Below are positions 44,141-54,073 of a stretch of DNA of 57,686 bases, piece by piece. Position numbers and translations under genes: made by a program. Where the stretch lies: IMG/VR virus record IMGVR_UViG_3300037245_000940, positions 1-57,686 of that record; one strand, written 5' to 3'. The DNA comes from a virus. Taxonomy: Duplodnaviria > Caudoviricetes. A model generated the notes under the pieces. The model was not told the DNA's origin, ran no database searches, and saw nothing but the letters and a program-made list of their open reading frames with translations. Every line of letters begins with the position of its first letter. Position 1 is the first letter of the stretch.

Positions 44141-45061
44141 ATGCCAAGAATAGCATTCAGAAAAAATAATATCAGAAATTCAACCTTGCAGTTAGTAAGC
44201 CTGATTACTGATATTATAAGCAGCTATGATAAATTAGAAATAACTTTAACATTAAGACAGCTATATTATCAGCTTGTATCTCGTAACATAATTGCAAATA
44301 CAGATAAAGAATATCATAGATTGTCTGTATTAGTAACTAAAGCTAGATATAATGGGTACATTGATTGGGATAGCATAGAAGACAGAACAAGAAAACCAAT
44401 TATACCGAATGAGTTTAATAATCTTGATGAATTTTTATCATATACTAAATACTGGTATGAATTAGATTATTGGAAAGGGCAATCCTTTAGACCTGAAATA
44501 TGGGTAGAAAAAGAAGCACTATCTAATATCTGTTTGAAGGCAGTTGAAGGCTTACACGTACCTGTATGCGTTAATAAAGGCTATTGTTCTGCTTCTACAA
44601 TGTATAATAATGCAATGAGGATAAAGGAGCACTTACAAAACTGCGAAGATGTAACCATCTTTTATCTAGGCGATCATGATCCTAGTGGATTGCATATGGT
44701 AGAGGATATTCGTAATAGGATGACAGAATTTTTATCTAGGATTAGCGGTGAGGATTATAACTTTGATAAGTATAGAAACTTTAAAGTTATACCCTTAGCA
44801 TTGAATATGGATCAAGTTAACGAGTTTTCATTGCCTGAAAATCCTACTAAGCTATCAGATACAAGGGCACAAAAATATATAGATGAATTTGGTTATAGTA
44901 GTTGGGAATTAGACGCTCTAAGTCCTGAATACATGATAGAGTTAATAAAAACATCTATAGAAGCTGAAATTAACGATATAGATGCTTGGAATGATATGAA
45001 GGCTAAAGAAAAGCATGATATTACTAAGCTTGTTGATTTTGCTAATAATGCAAGTGAATAA
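44141..45061 (+). CDS. TOPRIM-domain protein (topoisomerase VI A / JetD-like)
   Basis: TLRQLYYQLV winged helix, EIWVEKEAL, YLGDHDPSG (DxD), WELDAL; AGGAGG RBS. Confidence 0.8.
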   Translation: MPRIAFRKNNIRNSTLQLVSLITDIISSYDKLEITLTLRQLYYQLVSRNIIANTDKEYHRLSVLVTKARYNGYIDWDSIEDRTRKPIIPNEFNNLDEFLSYTKYWYELDYWKGQSFRPEIWVEKEALSNICLKAVEGLHVPVCVNKGYCSASTMYNNAMRIKEHLQNCEDVTIFYLGDHDPSGLHMVEDIRNRMTEFLSRISGEDYNFDKYRNFKVIPLALNMDQVNEFSLPENPTKLSDTRAQKYIDEFGYSSWELDALSPEYMIELIKTSIEAEINDIDAWNDMKAKEKHDITKLVDFANNASE

Positions 45062-45063
45062 TA

Positions 45064-46296
45064 TTAATAATTCCGAAAAGCAAGCAGAGCCTTAACCTTA
45101 CCATCAGGAGAAAGTACAACATAGATAATAGTACATCGACAATTAGGGTGCACAGGTGGTACCAATACATTAGGTACCCTGTTAGTTAAACCAGGAAAGG
45201 TTTGATCTACACCTACTGATTTATTATTAAGTGGACCGCAAAAAGGGCACACTCTTTCATCTTCGGCTGTTCTAAATACCTTGATAATAGGATCAGTGAT
45301 TAACCCTTGCTCTTGATATTGCTTAATACCTTCAAGGCTACCATGATTATACGCAAAGCTTGTCTCTGTTCTAGCTATTCTTAATGATCTTGCTCGATTA
45401 AGCCTAGCAGAATAGTTCTGTACTTGACGTTCAATGTGCTTATCACTTTTACCTGCATCTATTAAGCGTTGTCTTAATTTAGCAACTGCACCTTCTTCTT
45501 TTTCAGTTAATCCGATAATAGGTCTTAAATATCTACCCATTTCTGTCGGCCCCATGCCTTCACCGATACCTAGCCTTTTTATGACATTTTTAACTGCTTT
45601 GGTTTGCTCTAATGATAGATTGACAGTTAATTCAGCACCTCTAGTAGCTACCCATGATTCGAGCCTAGCGGCTGTCTCTGGAAACTTAATGGGTATTCCG
45701 AATGATGCTGTTACTTCCTCAGAAACAATCGTCATGCCCTTACGATGTAATTCTCTCCATTCAGGTTCTAACTCATTATTAATAAGCTTAGAATAGTCTT
45801 CTTTCCAATCGTCCATCCATTTTTGAGATATCTGCCCTGTTGATATACTGTTTCGTATCTCTTCAAACTTAATAGCATCTCTTTGTGCATTCCAAGTACT
45901 AACTAAGAATCTTTGTATTTTCTTTTCAGGTCCCTTAACAGCGTTTACTAATACCTTTTCAACGTCCCTGGTATTAATTGGGATAGGTTTTAAATAAGAT
46001 GGATAACCTACAGGTACTTTAGGTTTAGCAGTGCGCTGCAATCCCTGTGTAGGGTTTCTTATATTAGGGCGCTCTAAAGGACTTACTAAGTCCCTACCAT
46101 ATGGGTCTGCTTTTGGTATTATATCAAGGATATCTTTTGAGTCTATGTCAAGTTCTGTAATCAATGTACCATGTGTTAAAGACAACTCTCTTACTATAGA
46201 TCCATCTTTTAACAATAAAGATATTTTTTCAGACGTTATATCTTGATATAGATTGTATTTTTCTACTAGATGTTCTTCTACTTTAATAACTCTCAT
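45064..46296 (-). CDS. Minor head protein (MuF/SPP1 gp7-like)
   Basis: RS.RIARTE...AYN.G, TAEDERVCPFC, PPVHPNCRC. Confidence 0.9.
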   Translation of the reverse strand: MRVIKVEEHLVEKYNLYQDITSEKISLLLKDGSIVRELSLTHGTLITELDIDSKDILDIIPKADPYGRDLVSPLERPNIRNPTQGLQRTAKPKVPVGYPSYLKPIPINTRDVEKVLVNAVKGPEKKIQRFLVSTWNAQRDAIKFEEIRNSISTGQISQKWMDDWKEDYSKLINNELEPEWRELHRKGMTIVSEEVTASFGIPIKFPETAARLESWVATRGAELTVNLSLEQTKAVKNVIKRLGIGEGMGPTEMGRYLRPIIGLTEKEEGAVAKLRQRLIDAGKSDKHIERQVQNYSARLNRARSLRIARTETSFAYNHGSLEGIKQYQEQGLITDPIIKVFRTAEDERVCPFCGPLNNKSVGVDQTFPGLTNRVPNVLVPPVHPNCRCTIIYVVLSPDGKVKALLAFRNY

Positions 46297-47606
46297 TAAA
46301 GCTCTGTACTATCTGGATCTAATCCCTGAATGATAGACTCTGTAGTAGCATTACTATTCGGCATGAAAGAAATATCGTCACCATTAAATCGTTCGATATT
46401 GAGATTTAACAATTGATTAATAAGATTAAATGGTACACCTACATTGCTTAATGCTGTCATTTGCTTTAGCTTTTCGGTAAAAGCAGCTCGAAGTGCAGGG
46501 ATATTAGTAAGCTCATACTCGATTCGAAAAGGTTCTGCAAAGTCTAAATTAAAAGAGTGTTGATATCCATCTCTAATACTGTCAAGATAGGGTATAATTA
46601 AATCTTCCCAATATGTTAATCGTACAGTGTCCATTTTAAAGTTACTAGTATCATCAAGACCAACTAAGGCAGGATGCACATTAAACACTGAGCAAATTCT
46701 TTTACCACTCCATTTTTGAGTTTCTACGAAGTCTAATTCTTTCATACTACTTGTAAAGTTTTCGTATGTTGCGTCACTACCCATAATAATAGGCAATCCT
46801 GCATTATCAGGACCAGATACAGAATCTCTCAACATTGCCTTAGCAATATCAAATTGACTTTTAGACATATCATTTTTAAAACTTAACATTCCATCAGGTA
46901 ACGTTTTATTAGTAATTGCATTTCGATTAAACAAAATACTATCAACATCGGTATCAGTTAGCAGAGATGCTGCTTTAAGTGGCGATGTTCCCCATGTAGG
47001 TTCATTAGGATCAGGGAACATAAAATGGATTACATCGTTTACAGGTAATGTAACAACACTATCACCTACAGTGAATTCATAACCTGATATATATTTAGTA
47101 GAATCTAATACAGGTTTAACGTTATCAGGTCTAAATATCCATAATTGCAAAGGTTCTTGAACACGTTCGCCTAACACATTGGTTATAATATCACCTGCTC
47201 TTACTTTATATATAAGAGCGTTTCCACCTAAGTTTAAATAAGCAGCATTAAATTCTTGTTGTAAAGCCCATGTTTGAAACTCATTAGGAGATAATAAAAG
47301 CTTATTTAATGGATGTTCTGGGTTAACTATCCATGAATCACCTTGCAAGGTCTTAACATTCCACTTAACACTAGCAGCACTTGTCATAATAGATTTAATG
47401 CAAGCATAAACGAATGTACTTGAATTAAATCCATTAGTAACAGCATCTTCAGTAGACCAATCGGACACAATAGCTTTGCCACTATCGGCAGAAGGAACAT
47501 ACCCTATACCTGTAGGAAACTCCTTTATCCATTTAGGATCTTCTCTTTTATCACTAACATTATCATTATTGTTACCAGTTGTAATATTTAATCCCCAAAT
47601 TTTCAT
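46296..47606 (-). CDS. Portal protein (HK97 family)
   Basis: VYACI..I....ASV, EHPL..LL..PN, L.L.GNA, RPD.V, VIHF, GTSPL, G.DNAG...I, IC.VF.VHP.LVG. Confidence 0.93.
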   Translation of the reverse strand: MKIWGLNITTGNNNDNVSDKREDPKWIKEFPTGIGYVPSADSGKAIVSDWSTEDAVTNGFNSSTFVYACIKSIMTSAASVKWNVKTLQGDSWIVNPEHPLNKLLLSPNEFQTWALQQEFNAAYLNLGGNALIYKVRAGDIITNVLGERVQEPLQLWIFRPDNVKPVLDSTKYISGYEFTVGDSVVTLPVNDVIHFMFPDPNEPTWGTSPLKAASLLTDTDVDSILFNRNAITNKTLPDGMLSFKNDMSKSQFDIAKAMLRDSVSGPDNAGLPIIMGSDATYENFTSSMKELDFVETQKWSGKRICSVFNVHPALVGLDDTSNFKMDTVRLTYWEDLIIPYLDSIRDGYQHSFNLDFAEPFRIEYELTNIPALRAAFTEKLKQMTALSNVGVPFNLINQLLNLNIERFNGDDISFMPNSNATTESIIQGLDPDSTEL

Positions 47607-47653
47607 AGCCTACCCTAAGAAGTTATAAAAACATAATAACATAAAAAAAATAG

Positions 47654-47682
47654 TTGACAAGTGTTTTCTTATATGAAAGAAT
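47654..47682 (+). promoter_or_regulatory. Possible promoter for the head/tail operon
   Basis: TTGACA-N17-AAGAAT (weak -10, extended TG), A-tract upstream. Confidence 0.45.
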
Positions 47683-47708
47683 AAAAAAACAAATAGCAAG
47701 GAATAGAA

Positions 47709-48866
47709 ATGTTTCATAAAGCGATAAAGAATGTAGAAACTAAATTAGATAATAATGGTAGAGAGCTTACAGCTTATGCTAGTACGTTTGGTAATGTTGA
47801 TAGAGCTAATGATAGAGTAATCAAAGGCGCATTTAGTAAGACAATCGCTGAAGGTTTCGATGCTCCTATAAAGAATGGTAGACCTTCAAAGATTAAAGTA
47901 TTATGGCAGCATGATTCACGTATGCCGTTTGGTATTCCGAAACATATAGAAGAAGATTCAACAGGATTATTAACTGTTACAACTATTAGTAATACACAAG
48001 AGAATAAAGATAGAATAGAATATATTAAAGATGGTGTAGTTTCTCAAATGTCAATAGGATATACTCCGATAAAATCTAAACAAGCAGAAGATTTAGATAA
48101 TGTTTACGATTTAACAGAATTAGAATTACATGAATACAGTGCAGTTACATTTGCTTGCAACGAAGCAGCAGATATATTAGGCATTAAACGATACAAAGCG
48201 ATCAAGGACCAACTACACAAAACAGGTGAAGCAAATCCAGATATCTTAGATATGTTATTAAACATATTAACTAAAGCAAACAGTATTCAGTTTGATACTA
48301 AAGACGTTATAAAGTACCAGGATTTAAAGTTAGCTGATAGAGATAGCGATTTTGATCCTACTGAAGCTATAAAACACGTTGATGAATGGGCCGATGTATT
48401 AGTTAAAGGACCAGAGGAGAAATACTTTGAAGCATTCTTATATTTTAATACTGATTCGAGCGATAACAAAAGCGCTTACAAAATCCAGATAGGTGATATC
48501 GTAAACGAGAAATTATTAGCAATCCCAAAGGCTATCTTTGAAGCTGCTAATATAATCAATGAAAATAGATTAGAATTGTCTGAAAAAGATATAAACGATT
48601 TAAAGAAGCATTTGTCTAAGTATTATAAGAAAATGCGTAAACAGTTTGATGATGATACTATATTAGAACCTTGGAAGGAAAAAACTGAAGAGTTAGACTT
48701 TGCAAGTTTAAATGATATGGTATTTAAGTGTAATGGTATGTTAGAATCACTCATTGAGAAAACAAAGCCGGGTAAAACCACTTTGAAGAACGATGAGCCG
48801 ATAGGCATAATCGAATTAAATGATTATAACGAAAAAACCAAAAGCTTAGTTGATAAACTAGGTTAA
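47709..48866 (+). CDS. HK97-type prohead protease with extra C-terminal domain
   Basis: YASTFGNVD..ND....GAF, VLWQHD, MSIGY, L.EYSAVTFA.N..A. Confidence 0.92.
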   Translation: MFHKAIKNVETKLDNNGRELTAYASTFGNVDRANDRVIKGAFSKTIAEGFDAPIKNGRPSKIKVLWQHDSRMPFGIPKHIEEDSTGLLTVTTISNTQENKDRIEYIKDGVVSQMSIGYTPIKSKQAEDLDNVYDLTELELHEYSAVTFACNEAADILGIKRYKAIKDQLHKTGEANPDILDMLLNILTKANSIQFDTKDVIKYQDLKLADRDSDFDPTEAIKHVDEWADVLVKGPEEKYFEAFLYFNTDSSDNKSAYKIQIGDIVNEKLLAIPKAIFEAANIINENRLELSEKDINDLKKHLSKYYKKMRKQFDDDTILEPWKEKTEELDFASLNDMVFKCNGMLESLIEKTKPGKTTLKNDEPIGIIELNDYNEKTKSLVDKLG

Positions 48867-48878
48867 GGAGCAATCACA

Positions 48879-50369
48879 ATGAGCACTGAAACTGAAAAAG
48901 TATTAAAAGAGACGGCTGAAACTATTGAAAAATTAGTTAAGGCTGTTGCTGATAGAGATGAAACCATGAAAGCTAATGGTGAAGCTACTACTGAGCAGGG
49001 TACATTAATAGCTAAATTAAGTACTAAGATAAAAGAGCTTGAAGGAACTTCGCTTGAAGAAACTAAAAAACTTCTAGAACGCTTAGAAAACATGGAAAAG
49101 AAAGTTAACAATCCTCTTTTACATGCAGGTGTAAAAGACTTTACTAGTGCAGGCGATCAGTTTATTAATAGCGATGACTATAAGAACATGCTAGACGCTA
49201 ACGGTAACGCTAAAATGTTCGTGTCGAACAAAGTTTTAGTTAAGGGCTTGTTCGATAATGTACGAAGGAAACAAGTTACATCCGATCCTACTAGTGCCGG
49301 TGCGTTGATTGTTCCTTTCCGCGATCCTGACATTATCACTGCACCTAAGCGCCAAATGGTTGTTCGTGATTTGCTTGGTAGTGGAAATACTACAAGTCCT
49401 ACTATTCAGTATGTGCAGCAAACAGGGTATGCACCGTTATATGCTACCTTGGACGGTGTCCACGCTGGTGGTACTAAAACATTAACACTGTTGTTAGATA
49501 CTACACACACTGGTAATGCTGGTTTCTATGCTGGTTTAGTATTTAATGTCAACGGTGAAGACCACGAAATTGATACTGTAAGCACTGATGGAGTCACTGT
49601 TACGCTTAAAAACTATGGGTTGCAATCTGAAGCTCCTGATGGTGCAGAAGTTGTAGCTAATTACTTTACAGCTACTGTTGAAACGAAACTTAAACCCCGT
49701 GCCAACATTAAGTTTGTCTTAAAGGAAATCACAGCTAAAACATTAGCTACTTGGTTGCCTGCTGCTAAGCAAATATTAAACGATGCGCCTAGACTTGCTG
49801 GTATGATTAACGATGAATTATCGTTCGCATTAATGCAGGTAGAAGAACAGCAAATGCTGTACGGCGATGGCTTAGGTGAAAACCTTTTAGGCTTGTTTAG
49901 CGATCCTTTATCTCAAAGTTACTTATGGTCTAGCGGTACGTTTGGCGATACTAAAATCGATGCTATTAGACGCTCAATGAACCTTACACGTTTAGCTGAA
50001 TACATGGCTACTGGTATCGTATTACATCCGACCGACTGGACTGATATCCAGTTAACAAAAGGCTCCGATGAACATTACATTTGGATAAATGTTAATACCG
50101 GCGGTGTTCCTCAGTTATGGCAATTGCCGGTGGTTGATACTACTGCTGTAGCAGTTGGCCAAGCTGGTGTAGGTGCATTCAAGTTGGCAGCTAAGGTTTA
50201 TGACCTTCAACAGAAGACCATTGAAGTAGGTACTCAACATGCTGATTACTTCACTCGTAACATGGTTGCTATCTTAGCAGAAGAGCGAATTGCAATGCAA
50301 AATAGTCGCCCAGAAGCTTTTGTTAATGTAACATTTGATAGTGCACCTGTTGATCCAGATGCAGCTTAA
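48879..50369 (+). CDS. Major capsid protein (HK97 fold) with N-terminal scaffold domain and internal insertion
   Basis: Coiled-coil N-terminus, GALIVP, KQIL.DAP.L...I..EL, E.Q.LYGDG, LHP.DW, LWQLPVV, FTRN.VAI.AEER, RPEAFV. Confidence 0.95.
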   Translation: MSTETEKVLKETAETIEKLVKAVADRDETMKANGEATTEQGTLIAKLSTKIKELEGTSLEETKKLLERLENMEKKVNNPLLHAGVKDFTSAGDQFINSDDYKNMLDANGNAKMFVSNKVLVKGLFDNVRRKQVTSDPTSAGALIVPFRDPDIITAPKRQMVVRDLLGSGNTTSPTIQYVQQTGYAPLYATLDGVHAGGTKTLTLLLDTTHTGNAGFYAGLVFNVNGEDHEIDTVSTDGVTVTLKNYGLQSEAPDGAEVVANYFTATVETKLKPRANIKFVLKEITAKTLATWLPAAKQILNDAPRLAGMINDELSFALMQVEEQQMLYGDGLGENLLGLFSDPLSQSYLWSSGTFGDTKIDAIRRSMNLTRLAEYMATGIVLHPTDWTDIQLTKGSDEHYIWINVNTGGVPQLWQLPVVDTTAVAVGQAGVGAFKLAAKVYDLQQKTIEVGTQHADYFTRNMVAILAEERIAMQNSRPEAFVNVTFDSAPVDPDAA

Positions 50370-50391
50370 AACTAAATCCTGAATAAATAAC

Positions 50392-50423
50392 GGTAGCACA
50401 TACATTGATTTGTATGTGCTACC
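50392..50423 (+). terminator. 13-bp hairpin after the capsid gene (no T tract; terminator or RNA-stabilising stem)
   Basis: GGTAGCACATACA-TTGATT-TGTATGTGCTACC. Confidence 0.55.
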
Positions 50424-50445
50424 AATTATCTAGTTAGGGTAAACA

Positions 50446-50853
50446 ATGACCACTGCAATACAAGACAGATTAGATATTAGCGTTTCTGATGCTGAAAGTT
50501 GGATGAATATTCCTGTGCAATCAGGTGGTCAACTCACTAAGCTAGAATTAATAATATCAGGATCGAAGCAAATCTCTGATGAATACTGTAACAATCCTTT
50601 TGAAGATGCTGATGGTGTAGAGTTAGATATTCCAGACGCTGTTAAGATAGGCGTTCTACAAGTCATAACAGATACCTGGAATAGTAGTGGAACTGCATCG
50701 ACCTTATTAGGCAAGATTAAAAAACAAAAAGCTGATGATTTAGAAGAAGAGTACGCGCAAGAAAGCATTGCAGATACATTAAAGGTAACCTCTATCAGTG
50801 TTATGGCTCAACATTATCTCATTCAATATAGACTAATTCCAGGTGGTGCATAA
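50446..50853 (+). CDS. Head-tail connector (gp6/gp15-like)
   Basis: YCNN.F....IPDAVK.GVL, L.QYR; follows the capsid gene. Confidence 0.75.
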   Translation: MTTAIQDRLDISVSDAESWMNIPVQSGGQLTKLELIISGSKQISDEYCNNPFEDADGVELDIPDAVKIGVLQVITDTWNSSGTASTLLGKIKKQKADDLEEEYAQESIADTLKVTSISVMAQHYLIQYRLIPGGA

Positions 50854-52457
50854 TGACAGTATTAAAATGGGATAATGAATTTTATTTCTTAGGTAAGGGG
50901 ACGTTTGTACCTACTCCTGGAGCAGAGCCAGCAGCTATAAATGATAGAATATTCTTAGCTAACTCAGAAGCAGAACAAATATTAATTGATGGCAAACAAG
51001 GTGATATCTGTCTAAGGGAAGATTTATCTTTATCATTTAAGCTATCTAACGATGATGCTTCTATCTTTGCTAATTGGGATGAATTGATATCTTCTGGTTT
51101 TGATGGATATAATGACAATGATGCAAGAGCGGCTATTGGAGATATATTTGGTGCTGATGGTAAGGCTGACAAAGACATTAATCTTGACGAAAATGATTTA
51201 GCAAATATTGAATGTGCTAAGTTCAATACAAGTCCAGGAGCAGTTTCAGATATTGAAGGTACGATGTGCTGGGATCCAACAGATAAGACTCTGAATATTA
51301 TTCCTGGTATTGCAGGTGTTAAGAATCAAGTAGGTCAAGAAAATTGGATACTTGTAAATAATAGAACAGGCGACAAGACAAATGGACAAGTTGTTTATAT
51401 TGATGGTTCGCAGGGTAACCGTGTAACGATTGACCTTGCCGATGCTTCAAGCCATTCAATTGCCAAAGGTACAATAGCAGTTCTTACTCAAAATATTGAT
51501 GATCTTCAGGAGGGGTTTGCTACTTCTTTTGGCCTTGTTAGAAACATTAATACTAATGGTCTTATTGAAGGGGCACCTGTTTACTTATCAGATACGGTTC
51601 CAGGTGCTTTTCAACAAACTCCCCCTGATTCACCAAATGATACAGTTCAAATTGGAATAGTAGCAAGAGCGCATTCTGATGAAGGTATACTATTTGTAAG
51701 TGTAGTAGTAAATCCTATTTTAAATGAAATCAACGATGTAAAAATAACAAATATACAAGACTTGGATTTATTGCAATGGGATAATGCTGCTGGATATTGG
51801 AAAAATATCACAGGGATTACTGCTTATGGTGAATTTAAAATAGCTGAAAATACTAATGCTACAGTTATTCGTGGCACTAATCAATGGCAAGCGATAACAA
51901 CCAATGTAGTAACAGGTTTATTGAGTGTGTTTTCATATGATTCAGGTGGTATTGGTACAGTCTCATCTATAGCCGATGTAGGTGGTGGAATAGTCTCTGT
52001 AACTGCAGGTGCAGCACACGGTCTTGCACCAGATGATATTATAACCATAAATGGTACAACTAACTATAATGAAATTTATAAAGTCCTATCTACTCCATCG
52101 GCAGATGTGTTTACAGTTACATCAGCATACGTAAGCGATCAATCGGGATTTTGGCAACAGGGATCAACATTAACTGTATTATCCGGTGGTGAAGGCGTTT
52201 ATAAGGGAACATGGGCTTCATCTGGAATCTCTGAAATCAATGCACACGTTTTCGACTTTACACCTGTAGTTAATACAGTAATAGCAACAGCAGCAACAGC
52301 AAGAAGAAAGTTTAGCGTTGCAGATTTTGGATCATTTAGCGGTACAGAGTTAGTTAACTTATCAGTTGGTGATAAGATAACGTTTGCTGTGAGAAACATA
52401 ACAGCTACTAACGATGTTACAATTAGGACTTTAGATTTGAATCTGCACAGGATGTAA
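50853..52457 (+). CDS. Multi-domain virion fibre/decoration protein
   Basis: GQVVYI...LADA...G...G.V.YLS..PG decoration-like domain, L..INDV.I...LQWD...WKN fibre repeat, HGL..DD.I.I.G beta domain. Confidence 0.6.
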   Translation: MTVLKWDNEFYFLGKGTFVPTPGAEPAAINDRIFLANSEAEQILIDGKQGDICLREDLSLSFKLSNDDASIFANWDELISSGFDGYNDNDARAAIGDIFGADGKADKDINLDENDLANIECAKFNTSPGAVSDIEGTMCWDPTDKTLNIIPGIAGVKNQVGQENWILVNNRTGDKTNGQVVYIDGSQGNRVTIDLADASSHSIAKGTIAVLTQNIDDLQEGFATSFGLVRNINTNGLIEGAPVYLSDTVPGAFQQTPPDSPNDTVQIGIVARAHSDEGILFVSVVVNPILNEINDVKITNIQDLDLLQWDNAAGYWKNITGITAYGEFKIAENTNATVIRGTNQWQAITTNVVTGLLSVFSYDSGGIGTVSSIADVGGGIVSVTAGAAHGLAPDDIITINGTTNYNEIYKVLSTPSADVFTVTSAYVSDQSGFWQQGSTLTVLSGGEGVYKGTWASSGISEINAHVFDFTPVVNTVIATAATARRKFSVADFGSFSGTELVNLSVGDKITFAVRNITATNDVTIRTLDLNLHRM

Positions 52458-52458
52458 T

Positions 52459-52908
52459 GTGTCTACTATAGAAAAAACAAATGATTACATAAAAATAATA
52501 GAAGCAGCAGAAGACTTGGATGGTTCTAGTATTGAAGTTGGAATATTCGGTGGTAAGAATAAGATAACTAAAAAGAGTATAGCTTTTTATATGATGATGA
52601 GCGAAATAGGAACAAAAGAAATACCAGAAAGGTCGTTTATGAGATCTACTATAGACGAAAACGAAATTAAATATGATGAACTGATAGAAAAGCAAATAAA
52701 TAGAATAGTTGATTGGAAACAGATTGCAAGTGGTTTGCTAATTACATTAGCACTTCAAATTGAGGGTGACGTTAAAAATAAAATAACATCATTAAGAATA
52801 CCTCCTAATGCTCCTAGTACAATAGAACAGAAGGGTTCTTCTAATCCGCTAATAGATACAGGTGCAGGTAGAAACGCAGTAACGCACAAGATTGATTTTA
52901 AAGCATGA
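52459..52908 (+). CDS. Neck / tail-completion protein
   Basis: E.GT..IPERSFMRST, PNAPSTI..KGSSNPLIDTG. Confidence 0.85.
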   Translation: MSTIEKTNDYIKIIEAAEDLDGSSIEVGIFGGKNKITKKSIAFYMMMSEIGTKEIPERSFMRSTIDENEIKYDELIEKQINRIVDWKQIASGLLITLALQIEGDVKNKITSLRIPPNAPSTIEQKGSSNPLIDTGAGRNAVTHKIDFKA

Positions 52909-53270
52909 GCGCACTGTCAATAATAACAAGGTTCGGAAAAACGCGAACAGTCAAACGCGCTATATTACCTGTTGTAATAACTAGAGGCATTACTCAACCT
53001 ATCTTAAGATCAGATGTTGATTTCTTTTGCGTAGTAGTACCGATGACAGGTAAGAAGCTTGATACATTGCCTGAAGGCATGAGAGACAAAGACACAATAA
53101 AGATAATGTCAATAGAGCAATTAGTAACAGGTGATAGAGAAACTAACACACCACCAGACCAGATTATTTATAATAGTAAAACATACTTAATCACCATGAC
53201 AGCAACACTAGACGCTGATATACTTGACCATTATGTATATATAGCACAGGTTGAACAAGATGCCGTTTAA
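52905..53270 (+). CDS. Head-closure / neck protein
   Basis: L..LPEG.R, D.I.YN...Y; synteny. Confidence 0.7.
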   Translation: MSALSIITRFGKTRTVKRAILPVVITRGITQPILRSDVDFFCVVVPMTGKKLDTLPEGMRDKDTIKIMSIEQLVTGDRETNTPPDQIIYNSKTYLITMTATLDADILDHYVYIAQVEQDAV

Positions 53271-54060
53271 TAAAGAAGAATTTAAAGAAGACTTTTATGA
53301 TGCTATTTTTTATATTGTGCATTATAAGAAAGCAACAGATTATAAAATAATATGGGCGTCTGAAAATACAAATGATAACACAATGAAACCGACCGGTGAA
53401 CATATATTATTATCAATAATATCAGGCCCATCGGGAGTTGGTCGAGGTGAGTTTATACCACCACCTACAAAAGATAGTGAACAAACGGACATAGTAGGTG
53501 TAAAAAATCTTACTGTAAGCATGAAGGTTTTCTATGATAACTATTCTGATATAGTTGATAAGATTAAGCTAGGTCAAGAATTACCTAACTACCTTGCATT
53601 GTTACATAGAAAGAAGAATACACTATTCACAATAGATACGCTAGCTGTAGGTTTTGAATATGTAGTAACGATCCAAGGTAATCCATTTAAGTACACAGCA
53701 TTAGCGGCAGACACAAAGCAAGATGTGGCAGATAATCTATCGATATTAATATCCGAAGCTACATTTTATAAGTTCACAATAGAAAATGGGGTAGACTCTT
53801 TTAATGTTCTGTCTTCAAATGATTATACATACAGTAGCAGTAATAATATAATAGATAATTTATCTCAAAGATATGTTGACATTTCGATTCGGCGTATGCT
53901 AGACTTGACGGACAGTTCAGCTGTTGTGGAAAGTAGTACACAAAGAAGCGGAATTATTGACTTTCAGATAAGTACGACCACAAGGTTGCATGATGTAATA
54001 GAACATTACATAGAGCACGTAACTATGAATTATAATGGAAAAGAAATAGAAGTTTCTTAG
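53260..54060 (+). CDS. Tail terminator / neck protein with an inserted domain
   Basis: IIWA..N...P, position before sheath; larger than usual because of an insertion. Confidence 0.6.
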   Translation: MPFNKEEFKEDFYDAIFYIVHYKKATDYKIIWASENTNDNTMKPTGEHILLSIISGPSGVGRGEFIPPPTKDSEQTDIVGVKNLTVSMKVFYDNYSDIVDKIKLGQELPNYLALLHRKKNTLFTIDTLAVGFEYVVTIQGNPFKYTALAADTKQDVADNLSILISEATFYKFTIENGVDSFNVLSSNDYTYSSSNNIIDNLSQRYVDISIRRMLDLTDSSAVVESSTQRSGIIDFQISTTTRLHDVIEHYIEHVTMNYNGKEIEVS

Positions 54061-54073
54061 TAGGAGATAAAGT

